Source: an uncultured Planctomycetales bacterium
GTDB taxonomy: Bacteria > Omnitrophota > Gorgyraeia > Zapsychrales > GWA2-47-8
NCBI GenBank assembly: GCA_964499685.1
Contig: CAZCLW010000003.1
Location: 16,042-80,041, forward strand
DNA length: 64,000 nucleotides
Reading direction: 5' to 3'
Under the pieces are notes generated by a model that was given only the letters and a program-made list of their open reading frames with translations, was not told the DNA's origin and made no database searches. The position numbers were made by a program, and so were the translations under genes. This document shows positions 58,654 to 64,000 of this stretch, one piece after another (position 1 is the stretch's first letter; each line of letters begins with the position of its first letter).

Positions 58654-61600
58654 ACGCACGGACATAAAGAAGATTCTGTTGCTGGGATCGGGCCCGATCG
58701 TCATCGGTCAGGCCTGTGAATTCGATTATTCCGGCACGCAGGCCTGCAAGGCCCTGCGTGAGGAAGGCTATGAGATCGTCCTGGTCAATTCCAACCCGGC
58801 GACCATCATGACCGATCCCGAAATTTCCGACCACACCTATATCGAGCCGCTCACTCCCGAGTTCGTGGAATACATTATCGCCAAAGAACGTCCCGACGCT
58901 ATTTTGCCTACTCTCGGCGGCCAGACCGCGCTTAACATCGCCATGAAACTTTGTGAGAACAAAGTCCTGGAAAAATATAATGTCAAAATGCTGGGCGCCA
59001 ATTATGAGGTCATCAAGAAGGCCGAAGACCGTGAGTGCTTTAAAGAAGCGATCGTCAAGATCGGGCTGGATGTTCCCCGGAGCGGTTTTGCCTATAATCT
59101 GGAAGAGGCCAAAAAGGTCGCGGAAGGGATCGGCTTTCCGGTCATCGTGCGCCCGAGTTTCACCCTCGGCGGAACCGGCGGCGGGATCGCGGTAAATATG
59201 GAAGAATTCGAACGCATCGCCTCCTTGGGCATCGAAAGCAGCATGATCAACGAAATATTAATAGAGGAATCGATCGTCGGATGGAAGGAGTTCGAGCTCG
59301 AGGTCATGCGTGATAACAAGGACAACGTGGTCATTGTCTGTTCGATCGAGAACCTCGATCCCATGGGTGTGCACACCGGCGACAGTATCACGGTCGCCCC
59401 GGCCCAGACTTTGACCGACAAAGAATATCAGGAGATGCGTAACGCCGCTCTGGCCATCATCCGCGAGATCGGTGTGGAAACCGGCGGATCGAACATCCAG
59501 TTTGCGGTCGATCCGAAGAACGGCCGCATGGTCGTCATCGAGATGAACCCGCGCGTTTCCCGCAGCTCCGCTCTGGCGAGCAAGGCCACAGGGTTCCCCA
59601 TCGCCAAATTTGCCGCGAAACTGGCGGTCGGCTATTCGCTGGATGAGATCCAGAACGACATCACCCGCGAGACGCCGGCCTCGTTTGAGCCCACGATCGA
59701 TTATTGTGTCGTCAAGATCCCGCGTTTTACCTTCGAAAAATTCCCCGAGGCCAAGGATATCCTGGGCGTTTCCATGAAATCCGTCGGCGAGACCATGGCC
59801 ATCGGCCGGACCTTCAAAGAAGCCCTGCAAAAGGGTTTGCGCGGCCTGGAAATAAAGCACATCGGTTTGGACAATAAACAGGATTATAAAGAGATCCCGG
59901 ATGAGAAAATCCGCCTGCGCCTGGAAGAGCCCAACGCCTCGCGCATCTTTTATATCAAATATGCCCTGCAGAAGGGGATGACCGTCGACGAGATCGCGCA
60001 GATCAGCAAGATCGACCCATGGTTCATCGACCAGATGTCGCAGATCGTGGAATTTGAGAACGAACTGAACGCTGTTTTCCAGAACGAAAAATCCTTGCCG
60101 GAGAAATTGCTGCGCCGCGCCAAGGAATACGGCTTCAGCGATGCCCAGCTTGCCGAGATCATGGGCATGAACGAAAAAGAGGTCCGGACTTTGCGTAAAA
60201 AAATGCATATCACGGCCACCTTCAAGGTCGTGGACACGTGCGCGGCGGAATTCGAGGCCTACACGCCTTACTTTTATTCGACGTATGAAACCGAAGACGA
60301 AGCGGTCCTTCAGAATAAAAAGCTTACCCAACAGACTAAGGGAAAACGAAAAAAGATCATGATCTTAGGCGGCGGCCCCAACCGCATAGGCCAGGGGATC
60401 GAGTTTGACTATTGCTGCTGTCATGCCTCGTTTGCTTTGAAAGATCTGGGTTATGAAACGATCATGGTCAATTCCAATCCCGAGACCGTCTCGACGGATT
60501 ATGACACCTCGGACCGGCTGTATTTTGAGCCGCTTACCTTCGAAGATGTTATGAACATCATCGATGTGGAAAAGCCCGATGGGGTCATTGTGCAGTTCGG
60601 CGGTCAGACGCCGCTGAACCTGGCAAGGCGCTTGAAGCAGGCGCATGTGCCCATTATTGGTACGTCCGTTGATTCGATCGATCTGGCCGAGAATCGCGAA
60701 AAATTCGCCCAGTTGGTCAATAAACTCGGGTTAGCCCAGCCCGAAAACGGTTCGGCCAAGTCCGTCGAGGAAGCAGTGAAAATAGCGACCCGCATAGGAT
60801 TTCCGGTCCTGGCGCGCCCGTCGTATGTCTTAGGCGGCAGGGCCATGCGCATTGTTTATGATAAAGAATCGCTGTTGTCATTTGGGGAAGAGGCCAAAGA
60901 GGTCTCCAGCGGCCATCCGATATTGATCGATAAATTCATCGAAGACGCCTTGGAAGTGGATGTGGACGCGATCTGTGACGGCAAGGAAGTATACGTGGGC
61001 GGGATCATGGAGCATATCGAGAACGCCGGCATTCATTCCGGCGATTCGGCCTGTGTTTTGCCGCCGCATACGCTCAGCGAAGAGATCATTGACGATATCG
61101 AAGAGCAGACACGCAAGCTGGCCGTTGCCCTCAATGTGGTGGGCCTGCTCAATATCCAGTTTGCCATCAAGGGAAGCAAGGTTTATATTTTAGAGGTCAA
61201 TCCGCGGGCTTCGCGGACCGTTCCGTTCGTCAGCAAGGCACGCGGCATCCCTCTGGCCAAGATCGCCGCCCAGATCATGACCGGCAAGAAATTAAAAGAT
61301 TTTGCGCTGCCCGTGAACGATGAACCCAAGCATTTTTCCGTCAAGGAATCGGTCCTGCCGTTCTCACGCTTTTCCGGGGTCGACATAGTCCTCGGCCCGG
61401 AAATGAAATCGACCGGCGAGGTCATGGGCATTGCCAACACGTTCGGCGAGGCCTTCGCCAAATCACAGATCAGCGCCAATTCTTCGCTCCCCAAAAAGGG
61501 AAAAATATTCTTAAGCGTCAAGGATGAGGACAAGCGTCACGTTGTTTTTCTGGCCAAAGAGTTGGCGGCATTAAATTTTAAATTGATCGCGACCAAGGGA

Positions 61601-61957
61601 ACTGCCAAAGTCCTTTCTTCCAGCACCGTTCCGGTGGAAACAGTTGATAAACATGGGGAAGGGAAAAACAACTTATTGACATTAATCAAAAAAAATGAGA
61701 TAAACTTAATTATTAACACACCTTCAGGAAAGAAGAGCCAGTCCGATATGCGGGCCATTCGCGCAGCAGCGATTCTGCATAATGTACCCTGTATCACCAC
61801 TCTCCAAGGGGCATGGGCCGCTGTCAACGGTATAGAATCAACTTTGAAAAAAGAATTTACGGTCCGGTCGTTGCAGGATTATTATTCGGATTTAAACAAT
61901 CATCCCCTGACATTCAATTCCGGCCAAGAAAAAAGCCCTCACTCATCCCAGGTTTAA
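58646..61957 (+). CDS. carB: carbamoyl-phosphate synthase large subunit
   Basis: 1103 aa. Duplicated ATP-grasp halves ([21 protein letters not shown]… / [21 protein letters not shown]…). C-terminal MGS-like domain. Confidence 0.95.
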   Translation: MPKRTDIKKILLLGSGPIVIGQACEFDYSGTQACKALREEGYEIVLVNSNPATIMTDPEISDHTYIEPLTPEFVEYIIAKERPDAILPTLGGQTALNIAMKLCENKVLEKYNVKMLGANYEVIKKAEDRECFKEAIVKIGLDVPRSGFAYNLEEAKKVAEGIGFPVIVRPSFTLGGTGGGIAVNMEEFERIASLGIESSMINEILIEESIVGWKEFELEVMRDNKDNVVIVCSIENLDPMGVHTGDSITVAPAQTLTDKEYQEMRNAALAIIREIGVETGGSNIQFAVDPKNGRMVVIEMNPRVSRSSALASKATGFPIAKFAAKLAVGYSLDEIQNDITRETPASFEPTIDYCVVKIPRFTFEKFPEAKDILGVSMKSVGETMAIGRTFKEALQKGLRGLEIKHIGLDNKQDYKEIPDEKIRLRLEEPNASRIFYIKYALQKGMTVDEIAQISKIDPWFIDQMSQIVEFENELNAVFQNEKSLPEKLLRRAKEYGFSDAQLAEIMGMNEKEVRTLRKKMHITATFKVVDTCAAEFEAYTPYFYSTYETEDEAVLQNKKLTQQTKGKRKKIMILGGGPNRIGQGIEFDYCCCHASFALKDLGYETIMVNSNPETVSTDYDTSDRLYFEPLTFEDVMNIIDVEKPDGVIVQFGGQTPLNLARRLKQAHVPIIGTSVDSIDLAENREKFAQLVNKLGLAQPENGSAKSVEEAVKIATRIGFPVLARPSYVLGGRAMRIVYDKESLLSFGEEAKEVSSGHPILIDKFIEDALEVDVDAICDGKEVYVGGIMEHIENAGIHSGDSACVLPPHTLSEEIIDDIEEQTRKLAVALNVVGLLNIQFAIKGSKVYILEVNPRASRTVPFVSKARGIPLAKIAAQIMTGKKLKDFALPVNDEPKHFSVKESVLPFSRFSGVDIVLGPEMKSTGEVMGIANTFGEAFAKSQISANSSLPKKGKIFLSVKDEDKRHVVFLAKELAALNFKLIATKGTAKVLSSSTVPVETVDKHGEGKNNLLTLIKKNEINLIINTPSGKKSQSDMRAIRAAAILHNVPCITTLQGAWAAVNGIESTLKKEFTVRSLQDYYSDLNNHPLTFNSGQEKSPHSSQV

Positions 61958-62013
61958 TTTTTAACGGGGAAAAAGGGTAAGGGCAACGGGGATCGTTTTT
62001 TTAGAGGTGGGAT

Positions 62014-63405
62014 ATGTGCGGCATCATCGGTGTTTCCAATCATAAAGAAGCGGCAAAAATAGCCTTTCTGGGGCTCTATGCCCTGCAGCACCGCGGTGAA
62101 GAAGCCGCCGGAATCGCCTCCTACGACGGCAAGGACATTCATATCATCAAGAATCCTGGACTGGTCGAGGATTCGCTGGATGAAAAGGCGATCGGTACCT
62201 TGAAAGGCAACGTGGCGGTCGGCCATTGCCGGTACTCGACGACAGGTTCCAGCAACTTTAAGAATATCCAGCCCTTTTTGGTAACCCATAAGAACCGTCC
62301 CATTGCCATTGCCCATAACGGGAATTTGACCAACACGGAAACACTTTATAAGCGGCTCGAAGAAGAGGGGTCCATCTTTCAGACATCCATGGATTCCGAG
62401 ATCATCGTGCATCTTCTAGTCAAGACCAAGAACGGCGATCTGGCGAAATGGTTCTCCAATGTCCTTTCGCAACTGGAAGGCGCTTTTTCACTGGTCTTTT
62501 TGGTGGGTGACGCGATCGTCGGTGCTCGGGACCCTTATGGTTTCCGGCCGTTATGTCTGGGAAAACTTGATAACAGTTATATCTTGGCCAGTGAAACCTG
62601 CGCCTTGGACCTGATCAAGGCCCAATTTGTACGCGAAGTAGAGCCCGGTGAGATCATTGTGATCCGCGGGGATAAGATCGAAACGGCCCGTATCCCTCAC
62701 AAAAACAAGAATTGCGCGCATTGTATCTTTGAGAATATTTATTTTGCCCGGCCCGACAGCAACATATTCGACGATAACGTGTACAAGGTGCGCCAGAGAT
62801 TGGGTGAGCAGCTGGCCAAAGAACACCCTGTCAAGGACGCGGATCTTGTCATGCCCATTCCGGACTCAGGGATGTACGCAGCCTTGGGCTATGCCCGTCA
62901 GTTGAGTCTGCCGTTTGAGGTGGGGATGATCCGCAACCACTATATCGGCCGGACCTTCATTCAGCCGACCCAGTTGACGCGCGATTTCCGTGTACGGATC
63001 AAACTCAACCCCATTAAGAATATCTTAAAGGGCAAAAAGATCGTCGTGATCGAAGATTCGATCGTCCGGGGAACGACCAGCCGCAGCCGTATCGAAGCCC
63101 TGCGCTCGGCGGAACCCAAGGAGATTCACATGCGCATCAGTTGCCCGCCGATCAAGTCACCGTGTTTTTACGGCATAGATTTCCCGAGCCGGGCGGAGTT
63201 GATTGCGGCCAATAATTCGGTCAAGAAGATCGCGGACTTCATTAAAGTGGATTCGCTCGAATATTTGAGCCTGGAAGGGATGCTCTCGGTCATGAAGACG
63301 CCCAAGGATTTTTGTTATGCGTGTTTCACGGGCCAGTATCCCGTTCCCATACCCAAAAATACCAGTAAATACCTGTTGGAAGGCAAAGCCGCAAAGAACG
63401 GTTAA
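62014..63405 (+). CDS. purF: amidophosphoribosyltransferase
   Basis: MCGIIGV N-terminal Cys nucleophile. PRT motif [12 protein letters not shown]-terminal Fe-S cysteines. Confidence 0.9.
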   Translation: MCGIIGVSNHKEAAKIAFLGLYALQHRGEEAAGIASYDGKDIHIIKNPGLVEDSLDEKAIGTLKGNVAVGHCRYSTTGSSNFKNIQPFLVTHKNRPIAIAHNGNLTNTETLYKRLEEEGSIFQTSMDSEIIVHLLVKTKNGDLAKWFSNVLSQLEGAFSLVFLVGDAIVGARDPYGFRPLCLGKLDNSYILASETCALDLIKAQFVREVEPGEIIVIRGDKIETARIPHKNKNCAHCIFENIYFARPDSNIFDDNVYKVRQRLGEQLAKEHPVKDADLVMPIPDSGMYAALGYARQLSLPFEVGMIRNHYIGRTFIQPTQLTRDFRVRIKLNPIKNILKGKKIVVIEDSIVRGTTSRSRIEALRSAEPKEIHMRISCPPIKSPCFYGIDFPSRAELIAANNSVKKIADFIKVDSLEYLSLEGMLSVMKTPKDFCYACFTGQYPVPIPKNTSKYLLEGKAAKNG

Positions 63406-63407
63406 CT

Positions 63408-64000
63408 ATGAGCAAATTCATTTTTGTTACCGGTGGTGTTGTTTCAAGCTTAGGGAAAGGCATTGCCGCGGCCTCGATCGGGAAGCTTCTCGAATCGCGG
63501 GGTCTGCGCACCACCATGATCAAATGCGACCCCTATCTCAACGTCGATCCCGGGACCATGAACCCCTATCAGCACGGGGAAGTGTATGTCACGGACGACG
63601 GCGCGGAGACCGACCTTGATCTGGGACACTATGAGCGTTTTACCCATGCGGAAGTCGGCAAAGATAGCAATATTACGACGGGAAAAATATATTACTCCGT
63701 CATCACCAAGGAACGTAAAGGCGATTATCTGGGTAAGACCGTTCAAATTATCCCGCACATCACCGATGAGATCAAAGACAGCATTAAAAAGGTGGCTCAT
63801 CATCAGAACGTGGATGTGACCATCGTGGAGATCGGCGGTACCGTCGGCGACATCGAAAGCCTTCCCTTCTTGGAAGCGATCCGCCAATTGCGCTGGGAGA
63901 TGGGCGAAAGTTATGCCCTTAATATCCATGTGACCTTGCTGCCGTTCATCAAGTCTGCCGGGGAGCATAAGACGAAACCGACCCAGCACAGTGTCGGGCG
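63408..64000 (+). CDS. pyrG: CTP synthase (glutamine hydrolysing), 3'-truncated by window end
   Basis: [29 protein letters not shown]…[38 protein letters not shown]: canonical PyrG N-terminus. Not in the ORF track because it runs off the window. Confidence 0.85.
   Translation, partial: MSKFIFVTGGVVSSLGKGIAAASIGKLLESRGLRTTMIKCDPYLNVDPGTMNPYQHGEVYVTDDGAETDLDLGHYERFTHAEVGKDSNITTGKIYYSVITKERKGDYLGKTVQIIPHITDEIKDSIKKVAHHQNVDVTIVEIGGTVGDIESLPFLEAIRQLRWEMGESYALNIHVTLLPFIKSAGEHKTKPTQHSVG

Noticed and set aside
59258-60331. 357-aa minus-strand ORF inside carB
   Set aside because: Antisense to conserved carB. Asp/Leu/Gly-rich low-complexity shadow ORF.
1-64000. CRISPR arrays, rRNA, tRNA
   Set aside because: No direct-repeat/spacer periodicity and no rRNA-like or cloverleaf-like segments noticed in the few intergenic regions long enough (2375-2747, 38674-39082, 40796-41302).

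Overview
This is a 64-kb chromosomal segment from a diderm (Gram-negative-type) bacterium, almost entirely plus-strand and operon-dense. It breaks into eight blocks.

- **Prophage edge (1-2374):** an orphan phage terminase small and large subunit pair with no portal or structural genes downstream, followed by a hairpin-rich 370-bp spacer.
- **Small accessory genes (2748-6908):** DUF2267, an alpha/beta hydrolase, a DCC-family thiol oxidoreductase, an LTXXQ-like periplasmic protein, a DUF1540 Cys-rich protein, a CDP-alcohol phosphatidyltransferase and membrane hypotheticals.
- **Wzx/Wzy-type exopolysaccharide locus (7063-22896), about 16 kb:**
  - export and initiation: outer-membrane beta-barrel, initiating phosphoglycosyltransferase, Wza-like exporter, Wzc-like co-polymerase with a degenerate kinase;
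  - modification and transport: acetyltransferase, Wzx flippase, pyruvyl transferase;
  - assembly: three GT2 and one GT4 glycosyltransferase, a Wzy/O-antigen-ligase-like polymerase, and an unusual GT26-TM-BNR beta-propeller fusion.
- **Small genes after the EPS locus (22909-27198):** SRPBCC, DUF502, a secreted Met-rich putative Cu-binding protein, a minus-strand polytopic membrane protein pair, and a peptidoglycan-binding lipoprotein.
- **Succinyl-CoA synthetase block (27292-31171):** sucCD plus a standalone Pta-N-terminal-like (AAA_26/DRTGG) protein and a SAM methyltransferase.
- **Complete nqrABCDEF operon (31302-37169)** with a palindromic operator, and a possible convergent NqrM-like micro-ORF.
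- **Candidate nitrogen-control system (37408-42917):** a GAF-GAF-ANTAR antiterminator protein followed by two tandem amt-PII operons. Their leaders carry strong intrinsic terminators, three in tandem before amt1 and one before amt2, which fits RNA-antitermination control of ammonium uptake.
- **Glutamine-amide island (43091-64000):** GS type III, a class I amidotransferase, glutamine-dependent NadE, GltBD, CarAB, PurF and partial PyrG. It is interrupted only by a TPR lipoprotein and glpK-glpD.

No rRNA, tRNA or CRISPR arrays were recognised.
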